A stretch of 64,000 bases of DNA from an uncultured delta proteobacterium (GTDB taxonomy: Bacteria; Desulfobacterota; Binatia; UBA9968). Numbering within the stretch: the first letter of the stretch is position 1; each line of letters opens with the position of its first letter. Under the pieces are notes generated by a model. The model was not told the origin of the DNA. It was given only the letters and a program-made list of their open reading frames with translations, and did no database searches. Positions 10,294-19,577 of this stretch are shown piece by piece. Position numbers and translations under genes: made by a program. The stretch is from NCBI GenBank assembly GCA_963804165.1, contig CAWDPO010000041.1, positions 133,378-197,377 of the forward strand. The letters are read 5' to 3'.

Positions 10294-11286
10294 CTATGCT
10301 GCCTCTTCCGGAGCCCCGCCCGATTTTGCCAGGTCTTCGACCTTGATTTTTTCAACGTTCATTTTCTCCGCGGCTTTCGTCATTCGATCCATCACTTCGT
10401 CGAAGCTCAGCGGCGGAGCATCTTTGGGACGGAAGCGGATCGGGTTGATGCGCGCGACGACGAAGCTTTTGAGATAAGGGCTGGTGAGACCTTTGGCTTT
10501 GAGCGCTTCGACTTTTTCGACGACGGTCTTATCTAAATCCATCAGCGCTTTGGCCCGTTCGCGGCGGATTTCGATCGACGATTCGAGCGGCTTCTTCAGG
10601 AACTGGTCGGAGCGCCGGAGGATCGGATGATAGGCGCCGCCGCTGAAGCGGCCGTTTTCTAGGTAGCAGAGGCCGAGCGTAATCAGCGCGGCTTCTTCGA
10701 ACTCGAGCGCGTAGGTTTCTTCCGTTGCGTCATCCAGCGTCGCCAACTCCTGATACATTTTGATCACTTCAAGAGAGCGCTCGCGGAGGTTGTGCGCTTT
10801 CTCGGTATTGAGCGCGAGGATCTGATAAGCGGCGGAAGTCTCCGGCACGACGATGCCGACGATACATTTGGCGCCGAGCGTTCTCATGGCCGACAGGCGA
10901 TGATTGCCGTTGGGTGTCCAATAGCGAATATTGCTGTCTTTAGTCTCCTTGCGCACGACGATGATCGGATCGAGAAAGCGGCCGAGCTTGGCAACGACGC
11001 CTTCAAGCTTGCGCACGTGCGTGTCCGACAGATTGCGTTGATAGGGAGTCGGCTCGACTTGGTCGATCGGCAACGCCGCCAAGACCAGCCATTGTCCGCC
11101 GAAAGGTTCACGGTACTTTGCGAGAACTTTGCCGCCGTCCTGATCGATGGCTTGCTCAAGGTCTTCGACCGCGGTCGGCGACGCCGTCGCCAGCAGCTCT
11201 CTGGCCGAGAGTCCGATGGATTGACCAGCGAGCTTGCGTCGTTTGCGCGGCGCGCCGGTCTTTTTCTTGGCTTTTTTTTCGGCCAT
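10294..11286 (-). CDS. ParB/Srx N-terminal domain protein
   Basis: PTPYQRNLS, FLDPIIVV, PNGNHRL, LNTEK. Confidence 0.75.
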   Translation of the reverse strand: MAEKKAKKKTGAPRKRRKLAGQSIGLSARELLATASPTAVEDLEQAIDQDGGKVLAKYREPFGGQWLVLAALPIDQVEPTPYQRNLSDTHVRKLEGVVAKLGRFLDPIIVVRKETKDSNIRYWTPNGNHRLSAMRTLGAKCIVGIVVPETSAAYQILALNTEKAHNLRERSLEVIKMYQELATLDDATEETYALEFEEAALITLGLCYLENGRFSGGAYHPILRRSDQFLKKPLESSIEIRRERAKALMDLDKTVVEKVEALKAKGLTSPYLKSFVVARINPIRFRPKDAPPLSFDEVMDRMTKAAEKMNVEKIKVEDLAKSGGAPEEAA

Positions 11287-11327
11287 ATAGGAGTCTTACT
11301 TGCCGCTTCTGACTAACACATGAGCGG

Positions 11328-12596
11328 CTATTGTTCCAAGCGACGGATCGCCGGCATATAGAGCGCTACGGCGAGGGCCATGCCCGCGACCATGACGCCG
11401 CCGATCCCGACCGCGGTCGGTGCGCCGGCGAATTCCGCGATGGCCCCGGCGATGATTCCGCCCACAGGCATCAGTTCCCACGCGAGGCCGTAAATGCCCA
11501 TGACGCGGCCGCGCAACTGGTTTGGCAAATTGACCTGCAGAATGGTGCTGATCGTCGTCATGTAGAATTGGCTGGTGGCGCCGAGCGCAAGAGCGAGCGC
11601 CAAAGAAAGCAGATACGATTCAGACAACGCGAAGGATATCAGAACAATGCCGAACGCCATGGCGCCGACGAGGGCTTGACGTCCCCGGCCGCGGGAATGA
11701 GAAAACCATGCGACCGCGACGACGCCGATGAACGCGCCCGCGCCGCCGGCGCTTTGCAGGAAGCCAAAACCCTGGGAGCCGACGTCCAAGACGTCGCGCG
11801 CAAATACCGGCATAAGGATCAAATACGACATGCCGAAAACACTGTTAAAAAAGATCATGCCGATGAACGTATAGTAGATTTGATTTTTGCGGATAAAGTT
11901 GAGGCCCTCGGCCATGTGCTCGATGACGCCACCGACCGACGGCGTGGTTAAAGACGATGTCAGGCGGATGCCCAGCCAAAGGCAAACGGCGCAAAGAGAA
12001 GCGCAAAAGCAAAAGTAGTAAGTCGGGCCGATACCGATAACATAAATCATCATGCCCGCAACCGCCGGGCCGACAAGCCGATTTAGTTGCCAGATCGTGC
12101 CGCCGACGGCGACCGCATTCGGGATATCGTCGTTCGGCACCATCTGTGGTAGGAGCGCCATGCGGCTGGGCCTATCGAACGCGCGCACGCAGCCCGAAAG
12201 GAAAGCAAGGCTCATGACGTGCCAGAGCGCTACCCATTCGAGGACGATTAGGGTGGCGAGGAGAAAGAACGTCGATGCAGAGATGCTCTGGGACAGAATC
12301 ATGATGCGGCGGCGATCGGTGCGGTCGGCAATGACGCCACCTAAGAGAGTCAGAGCTATCGTCGGCGCTGCGAAGCTCAAACCGGTGAGACCTAACAGCA
12401 AGGGCGAATCGGTCAGCTCAAGCACTAGCCAACTCTGCGCGACCCCTTCCATGTTCTGCGCCAGCACCGAAGAAAGCTGACCGAACCAATAGAGTCGGTA
12501 ATTGCGATGGCGCAATGCGCTCAACGCTTGGCGCAAACGTTCGCTTCCGGAGACCGTGCTGACGGCGGCTTTTGACATAGACGCTTGTTCGCTCAT
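11328..12596 (-). CDS. MFS transporter
   Basis: About 12 hydrophobic segments; GGVIADRTDRRR motif A. Confidence 0.9.
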   Translation of the reverse strand: MSEQASMSKAAVSTVSGSERLRQALSALRHRNYRLYWFGQLSSVLAQNMEGVAQSWLVLELTDSPLLLGLTGLSFAAPTIALTLLGGVIADRTDRRRIMILSQSISASTFFLLATLIVLEWVALWHVMSLAFLSGCVRAFDRPSRMALLPQMVPNDDIPNAVAVGGTIWQLNRLVGPAVAGMMIYVIGIGPTYYFCFCASLCAVCLWLGIRLTSSLTTPSVGGVIEHMAEGLNFIRKNQIYYTFIGMIFFNSVFGMSYLILMPVFARDVLDVGSQGFGFLQSAGGAGAFIGVVAVAWFSHSRGRGRQALVGAMAFGIVLISFALSESYLLSLALALALGATSQFYMTTISTILQVNLPNQLRGRVMGIYGLAWELMPVGGIIAGAIAEFAGAPTAVGIGGVMVAGMALAVALYMPAIRRLEQ

Positions 12597-12720
12597 GTAC
12601 GATAAATTGCGCCATTGTTCATAAATGCCACGACTCTGTCAAAGCCCGCGCGAGACTTTTATTGTGACGAATGCTACTTTTGGTGCGCAACGGACATCCA
12701 AAACACAAAGGTGATTCGAC

Positions 12721-14073
12721 ATGGCCCAGTACGACTATGATTTGTTTACGATCGGTGCCGGTTCAGGCGGCGTGCGCGCGAGCCGAATGTCGGCGTCGTT
12801 CGGCGCTAAAGTGGCGGTGGCAGAAGAGCGCTACCTCGGCGGCACCTGCGTCAATGTCGGCTGTATTCCAAAAAAGCTTTTAGTCTACGCCTCGCACTTT
12901 GGCGACGATTTTGGCGACGCTAAAAATTATGGCTGGACGACGGCGGAAAGTCGCTTCGATTGGGCCCAGTTGATCGCCAATAAGAACAAGGAAATTCAGC
13001 GACTGAACGGTGTCTATCGAAAGGTTCTCAGCGATGCTGGAGTCACGATTATAGAGGATCATGCCGAAGTCATCGACGAACACACGGTGACCATCGGCGG
13101 GAAAAGGATCACAGCGAAGTACCTACTCGTCGCCGTTGGCAGTTGGCCGATGGTGCCGGAGTTTCCCGGTTGCGAACACGCAATCAGTTCCAACGAGGCA
13201 TTTTATCTTCCCAGTTTGCCGCAAAGAGTGATCATCGTCGGTGGCGGTTACATCGGTGTCGAGTTCGCCGGAATATTTCACGGCCTGGGCGCGCAGACGA
13301 CGCAGCTTTACTGGAGCGAGCTTTTTCTGCGCGGCTTCGACAGCGATATCCGCAGCACACTCGCCGAAGAAATGCGCAAACGCGGCATCGATCTGCGCTT
13401 TAAGACCGACGTCGTGAAGATCGACAAGGTCGAGAACATGTTACGAGCGACATTGACCGATGGCACTGTCATCGGGGCCAACCAGATTCTATATGCCACG
13501 GGCCGGGTCTCCAAGACGCCAAGATTGGGATTGGAAAGCGCCGGTGTGAATCTTAAAGCCAACGGCGCGGTGATCGTCGACGAGTACTCGAAGTCGAGTG
13601 TGGACAATATTTACGCCATCGGCGACTGCACCGACCGCTTGATGCTTACCCCGGTCGCGATCGCGGAAGGGATGGCGATAGCGAATACGTTGTTTAATAA
13701 CAAACCAACTAAGCCCAACTATCTTAACGTGCCCACCGCGGTTTTCAGCACGCCGCCGTGCGGCACGGTCGGCATGACCGAGCAGCAAGCCCGCGCGAGC
13801 AATCTCGAGGTCGATATTTACAAGAGCGTATTCAAGCCTCTCAAGCACACGCTCACCGGCCGCGACGAGCGGACGATGATGAAACTCGTCGTCGAACGAG
13901 CCACAAACCGCGTGCTTGGCTGCCACATGGTCGGCGCCGACGCCGGTGAGATCATTCAAGGTCTCGCGGTCGCGCTTAACTGCGGCGCAACCAAAGCGCA
14001 GTTTGACGCGACGATCGGGATTCATCCGACCGCCGCCGAGGAGTTCGTGACGATGCGCACCAAAGTCGCCTAG
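12721..14073 (+). CDS. gor: Glutathione-disulfide reductase
   Basis: IGAGSGG, GGTCVNVGCIPKK, GGGYIGVEFA, IHPTAAEE. Confidence 0.93.
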   Translation: MAQYDYDLFTIGAGSGGVRASRMSASFGAKVAVAEERYLGGTCVNVGCIPKKLLVYASHFGDDFGDAKNYGWTTAESRFDWAQLIANKNKEIQRLNGVYRKVLSDAGVTIIEDHAEVIDEHTVTIGGKRITAKYLLVAVGSWPMVPEFPGCEHAISSNEAFYLPSLPQRVIIVGGGYIGVEFAGIFHGLGAQTTQLYWSELFLRGFDSDIRSTLAEEMRKRGIDLRFKTDVVKIDKVENMLRATLTDGTVIGANQILYATGRVSKTPRLGLESAGVNLKANGAVIVDEYSKSSVDNIYAIGDCTDRLMLTPVAIAEGMAIANTLFNNKPTKPNYLNVPTAVFSTPPCGTVGMTEQQARASNLEVDIYKSVFKPLKHTLTGRDERTMMKLVVERATNRVLGCHMVGADAGEIIQGLAVALNCGATKAQFDATIGIHPTAAEEFVTMRTKVA

Positions 14074-14823
14074 ACGGATTCGCGGTCGCAGGTTCCGAGA
14101 ATTTCCCAATGATTGCGAGACCAGCCAGCGCGGCGAAATGCTCGCGGTTGCCCAAGTCCATGTGCTGACTTGGTAGACCTGGTATCGCCGCGTCATGCCT
14201 GACGCGTTCCGCGCTTGATTGTTCATTTCGGCACGTGAGGCGGGCTGGCGAAGGTTTCTCGAAACACCACGGATGCTTCGGGTATACCAAGGTAGGCAAG
14301 AGACGGTCAGTTTTGTCAGTTTTGGCACTATGCGTGACAGTGACGAGGATTGGGCCTGAGCGTTGGCGAATTCTACGCGATCTACTATGTGTTAGCAGAT
14401 TTTTGGCGAGGGAGGCGGCGGTCGGCCATGGGAGCGCGCGCAAAGAACTCAAGCCAACGAAGTCATGCTTTGGCTGCATTAGACCATTAGACCAATCCCG
14501 TGCCGGGAATTTTATCAGCGCTAAGGTCTCCAGCTCGACCTGGGGGCCGACAACGACCCCATGTCGGTGGCGTAAAACTCCCGGAAGTCCTTTACTCGAA
14601 TGCCCTTGCGCGGCCAATCTGGGATTGGGCAGGTGGAAGTTGTTTACGTTGGCAAACGAAACCGCAGCGTGCGCCGGCGCCACGGAGAAACTGCCCTAGA
14701 TCGTTCCTCGTAGGGGCCGCGCAGCGGCAGCCGAGCCCTTTTTTGCCTACAAAATGAAGTCGTAACCATTCTGCCCCGACATCTTCAGCACCCCAATTCT
14801 AGCAAGATCAAGCGCTTAAGGTC

Positions 14824-14839
14824 TGGCATTTTCGTTGCA
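14824..14839 (+). promoter_or_regulatory. Sigma54 (-24/-12) promoter
   Basis: TGGCAT-TTTCG-TTGCA matches TGGCAC-N5-TTGCW with exact spacing, 36 nt before the next start codon. Confidence 0.75.
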
Positions 14840-14875
14840 CAGCTGAATCAACGAAAGTACGTCGTTGCGAAGGGG

Positions 14876-15640
14876 GTGTCGATGGACAGGGAAGCTTTTC
14901 GAGAGCAAATGCTTGGGGTGATGGAGCGGAAGCGACATTGGGCTTGGCCGCTATTTACCTCCGGTCGTGTTCCAAAGGACCGACTCCATTTCCACTTCGA
15001 GCAAGAGTACGAAACCTACGTCCGCGACTTTCCCGTGCTGGTGGGCCGAGCCTATGTCCGCTGTCCGATTCCCGAAATCCGTCGAAGCTTGGCAGAAAAC
15101 TTGTACGAAGAGGAAACCGGAGGTCTCGTCGCCGGCAGTCCGCATCCGCTATTGTTTCTTGAGTATCCGCGCGGACTCGGGATGGACCTCGATCGATTCG
15201 AGCACGTGCAGCCTCTCCCTGCCGCAAAGCGCTACCGTAAGTTTCTCGACGAGGCGACCCAGCACTTCGGCTGGGATATCGCAGCGGCAATCGTCACTAT
15301 ATTTGTCGAAGGCTCATGCGATGAACGTTCCGCTATGGATCCGCGGAGTCAACCTGCACCGCCGCCGTTGGACCAACATCCACTGGTGAAGTATTACGGC
15401 TTATCCGTGGACCATTTGGCACTCACCAAGGCGCACCGCCAAGTCGAAGGCAGTCATCGCGCGGCAGCGTGGAGGGCGATTATCGATCACGTCGTGCCAA
15501 TGCGGCGTGGCGCGGTTGTCCGGGCGATGAAAGATGCCTTAGAACTCTGGTTCGGGTATCGCGACGCCGTGGCGGAAATTTGCGGCCTAGAGCGGGCAGA
15601 CACGGACAACTCGCCCGGTCGTGCGACAGCGACCGCCTGA
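14876..15640 (+). CDS. Heme-oxygenase-like diiron enzyme (CADD/PqqC/TenA superfamily)
   Basis: ENLYEEETGG..H, IFVEG and HRQVEGSH give a CADD-type E/H/E/H/E/H ligand set. Confidence 0.8.
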   Translation: MSMDREAFREQMLGVMERKRHWAWPLFTSGRVPKDRLHFHFEQEYETYVRDFPVLVGRAYVRCPIPEIRRSLAENLYEEETGGLVAGSPHPLLFLEYPRGLGMDLDRFEHVQPLPAAKRYRKFLDEATQHFGWDIAAAIVTIFVEGSCDERSAMDPRSQPAPPPLDQHPLVKYYGLSVDHLALTKAHRQVEGSHRAAAWRAIIDHVVPMRRGAVVRAMKDALELWFGYRDAVAEICGLERADTDNSPGRATATA

Positions 15641-15646
15641 GAGGTA

Positions 15647-16947
15647 TTACCCGATGGGCTCGCCGCGATAGCTTCGCGCGAGAATCTGCATCGGATTGAG
15701 CGGGCGGCGGCCGTTGCCTTGCTCGATTTGCAGCGCCGCAAGCGGGCAATCTGAACACGTTACTTTGGGATTGTTTTCCGCCATCGCTTGGAAGGCGCGG
15801 TTGCCCCATTTTAGCGATTGCTCGAAGTTTTCCTTTTTCATCGCCCACGTGCCGTCGTGACCGGAGCATTCTTCGACTACGGTCACATTCGTATCGGGCA
15901 AGAGCGAAAGCACATCACGGGTTTTGTAGCCAATGTTTTGCGCGCGCAGGTGGCAAGGCATGTGTAACTGAGATCATCCGCCCCCGTTTGGAAATCTTTC
16001 TTGAGCTTTCCTTGGGCTGCCAATCCGGCGAGAAATTCCATCGGGTCCATGGTCTGCGCGGCGAGATTTTTCGCTGCCTCGGTGCCGAGCAGCCGCGGAT
16101 ATTCGACGCGGATCATCTGTGAGCAAGTCGGATTCGTCGCGATAACTTTGCGCCCGTCTTCGACGTACTGAGTTAAGCTCGCAACATTTTGTCTGGCTGC
16201 CGTAATGGCGCCATCGATGTCGCCGTTGTGCCAGAGCGGCATCCCGCAACAGCGCTCGTAAGCAAACGCGACGTCGATATTGTTGTGCGCCATGACTTCC
16301 AATGTGTCCGTGCCGATTTCCGGTTGATTGTAGTTGACGTAGCAGGTGGAAAAAAACGCGATTTTGGCCGTCGGCTCGCCCCGTGATGGTTTGCGCTGGC
16401 CGTCGAACTGCGCGGCGAAAGTCTTGGACGCGAAGGGCGGAAGTTTTTTGTCTTTGTGAATCCCCACCACGCTGTGCATGAGTTGGCGGTTGAGCGCATT
16501 CTCATTGGCCCAATTCGCCAAGGGAGCGGTTGCGGTCCCGAGCTTACCGACCAGATCCGGATGACCCAGCAGTTTGTCGACCAGCGGCACGCCTTTTTTC
16601 CTCACTTCCTGCGCTTTCGCGCGAGTGATCAAGCGAGGAAAATCGATGGCCCATTCGTGATCGCCTGGTGTGTAGGGACATTTGATGTAGCAAAGCTTGC
16701 ACTGGAAACAAAGATCGACGACTTTGCTGACGTCCTCTACCTTTAGTTTCTTGGTATCGACTTCGGCGTATTTGCCTTCGGTGCAGTAGTCGTCGATGGC
16801 GTCGAACATGGTCGGAAAACTGCCGCAGTACTTGACGCACATGCGGCAGTCGGCACACAAGCTGAAGACACGCTCAACTTCGGAGCGGAGATCCTTTTCA
16901 TCATAATATCTGCCATCTGTCGGATCGTAAGCTGGATTGTTGGCCAC
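15647..16947 (-). CDS. GlpC/HdrD-like Fe-S oxidoreductase, -1 frameshift near 15964
   Basis: CADCRMCVKYC, CFQCKLCYIKCP, CCGMP, PCHLRAQ, CSGHDG; two ORFs join as SY(H)MPCHLR. Confidence 0.85.
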
Positions 16948-17230
16948 GCGAATACCCTCAGCCGATTCTCAATTAACACTATCCCATGGTGTTGGGTGGA
17001 AACAACAACGGAAGCAAAACCTGCCCGCTCAACCAAGGCTGTGAGGTGCAGTTCAATCCCGCCCATCCTTACGTCGAGGCCATCTCGTCCTTGACCACGA
17101 GGTTGAGCTTCCGAGGCCAAGCCCGCGGCTTTTCGATCATTTTTTACGGGAAAATTTGAAGGAATATCGTCGTGCTCAGAGCCGTTAACGTTGCCAGATT
17201 CAGCTCGTCTAATCGGCTCAGGAGGTTGTT

Positions 17231-17686
17231 ATGGCAAAAAAATCGTACATGACTTTTCTGGCGGCAGGGTTCGTATCCTTGCTGACGTTTGGCGATTTCG
17301 ATCCTGCGGAGGCACGTGACCGTAATCGCAACGGGAGATCTGATCAGGCGCGCCGCGAGTTGCGCCGGGACCACGCCGAATTGGAGCGAGACCGCGCAGA
17401 TTTGTCCCGTTTATATCGGCGCGGCGCGAGCCGAAGCGAGATCGGCCGAAAGAGAGCTGAAATCCGCGATGATCTGAGAGAGATCGCCCAGGATCGCCGG
17501 GAAATCTACGGCAATGATGGCGAAAATCGCTATGACCGTTACCGGTACGGAAACGGGTATGGCAATTACGGCTGGTCCGGCAATCGGAGCGGCGGCTGGG
17601 ATCGCAACGAAAACAGCTGGTGGAATTGGGGCAACAACCGCTGGGATAATCGGGATCGCCGGGCCTGGGACTATTGGTACGAATAG
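17231..17686 (+). CDS. Secreted low-complexity hypothetical protein
   Basis: RBS AGGAGG, signal peptide ending AEA, R/D/E-rich middle, G/N/W/Y-rich tail. Confidence 0.75.
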   Translation: MAKKSYMTFLAAGFVSLLTFGDFDPAEARDRNRNGRSDQARRELRRDHAELERDRADLSRLYRRGASRSEIGRKRAEIRDDLREIAQDRREIYGNDGENRYDRYRYGNGYGNYGWSGNRSGGWDRNENSWWNWGNNRWDNRDRRAWDYWYE

Positions 17687-17728
17687 CGTACGAAGGCTCG
17701 GCCAAAGCTGTAACTGTCTGGCTATCTT

Positions 17729-17766
17729 GACAGGAGGCGGATCGCTCCCCGCCTCCTGTCCCTTTT
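17729..17766 (+). terminator. Rho-independent terminator
   Basis: GACAGGAGGCGG/CCGCCTCCTGTC stem then CCTTTT. Confidence 0.75.
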
Positions 17767-17833
17767 GCAATCTTGACTTCCTGATCGACGCGGTCCTATA
17801 AGCGAAGATACTCTCGCTTCGCCGAAAGACCTC

Positions 17834-19016
17834 ATGATCATTGATTGCGACACCCATTTGATGCCGCGCGATGCTTTCGATAGCGTCGACGGCGACTTCG
17901 CTCGGCTTAAACCCGCGCTAAAGTTTAACGACCAAGGCCTTTACGTTGACGTCGAATTTCCCGGCTATCCGGCAGAGATGCCGGGTACGAGCCCATTGCT
18001 CGCGCCTGGTTCTGGCGCCATGTTTAGGAGTCTTTGGAATATCGAAGATCGGATGCGTGACTACGATCACAGGCTCGGCATCGAACGCCACGTGGTCTTG
18101 CCGCAGTTCTCCGGGTGGTGGTCGTATCTCATCGAGCCCGAGCTTGCATGCCGGATGGCTCGTTCGCACAACGAGGCGCTTTTGCGGCTGATGAGAGAGC
18201 ATAAGGGGCGAATCCTGGGTGTCGCGCTGATCCCGCTGCAGGATGTATCAGGTTCGATCCGGGAGATGGAATGGGCCAAGGAAAACGGTTTCTGTGCCGT
18301 CGTGCTCGATAAAGTTTTTCCGGTAAAAGATCATCCCTGCAGCGAGCCCTTGGGAAGCCATCGTGAGCTTTGGCCATTTTTCAGCCGCGCCCAAGAGTTG
18401 TCGATGCCGATATATCTGCACAACGTCCAGCACGGCCACCGCATGAGTAACTTGCCGCAGTTCCAGCGCGACGGTTTGTATATTTTTGCCCCGCAGGAAG
18501 GGCACATGAGCTTGGTGTCGCTGATTTACCAGCGGTTTGCTGGATGAATTCTCTGAACTGCAATTTGTTTATACCGAGGCCGGTACGTCGTTTATCAAAC
18601 CATTAGTCCAGTGGCTCGATCGAGTCCTGGAGCGGCCGCCGGTGGATTATGACGATCAGGAAGAGCCATTGACGAATCGTGGGCCGTTAACCAAGATTGG
18701 TGAGCGGCTGCGAAGGGCCAGGGCGCTCTATCCCGCCGAGGTGTTTCTGGAGAAGAACCAGCAGAAAGCCAGTCACTACTTCCAAAATAATTTTTACTTC
18801 ACCATCGAAACCGAAGAGCCGGAATTAGCCGAGGCCGTAGAGTTTCTAGGCGCGGAAAGATTTCTCTTCGCGACTGATTACCCGCACGATGATCCGGGTG
18901 GGCGAATGAAGTTCGAAGACGTGCGTCTATTGCGCGACAACCGCCAAATCGCCGAGGAAGCCAAAGAACTGATCCGCTGGAAAAATGCCCAGCGCCTTTT
19001 CAACTTAGCGGTCTGA
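17834..19016 (+). CDS. Amidohydrolase family protein, +1 frameshift near 18526
   Basis: DCDTH at the N-terminus, FATDYPH at the C-terminus; joins as SLI(T)SGLLDEF. Confidence 0.85.
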
Positions 19017-19021
19017 TCATC

Positions 19022-19510
19022 GTGGCCATACCTCAACGCTACAACACAGGTTACAATATCGGTGTCGGCGGCGCGGTGGTGCGCGAGGACAAGCTGCTCT
19101 TTATTCGGCGCGCTTCCCGCCATGGTCGCGGCAACTGGCAATTGCCCGGAGGTTTCATCGAGCCGGATGAGACCATCGAGCAGGCGGTGGTGCGGGAGGT
19201 CCAGGAGGAGTCCGGAGTTACGGCCGAAGTGGAGGCGGTTCTCGGGCTGCGCAGCCGCTACGACCCCGATAGCGGCAACGGCATATACGTCATTCTGCTT
19301 TTGCGGCCGGTGAGCGGCGAACCTAAAGCGGACGGATATGAAACCGACCACGCCGAATATTTTACCCTTGAGCAAATACGCCAGCTCAATCCGCTGCCGC
19401 CGGTTAACTGGGAAATCGCCCAACGGGTTCTTTCCGTCGACCGGCGCATCTTGCTGCCCAAGCCGCTGACCAACTTAAACGGCGCAAAGTTCACGCTGTT
19501 TGTCGGCTGA
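19022..19510 (+). CDS. NUDIX hydrolase
   Basis: PGGFIEPDETIEQAVVREVQEESGV Nudix box. Confidence 0.9.
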   Translation: MAIPQRYNTGYNIGVGGAVVREDKLLFIRRASRHGRGNWQLPGGFIEPDETIEQAVVREVQEESGVTAEVEAVLGLRSRYDPDSGNGIYVILLLRPVSGEPKADGYETDHAEYFTLEQIRQLNPLPPVNWEIAQRVLSVDRRILLPKPLTNLNGAKFTLFVG

Positions 19511-19577
19511 TCGCCCGGAAGCTCGCGTTCGGACACTTTATTGGAGCGGGAATTCACTGAGGCGAGTTGAGTGTTTA

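Noticed and set aside
14121-14248. HDV-like ribozyme
   Set aside because: The crossing helices enclose about 68 nt, not the short P3/L3, and no P1.1/P4 arrangement is evident.
14500-14745. RNase P RNA, tmRNA, SAM or c-di-GMP riboswitch
   Set aside because: Only fragments resemble them (GGAAGTCC, GGCAAAC, GGCAGCCGAG); the conserved cores are not present in order.
13976-14757. ORFs 13976..14683(-), 14235..14699(+) and 14500..14757(+)
   Set aside because: No recognisable motifs, atypical composition and mutual overlap; treated as non-coding.
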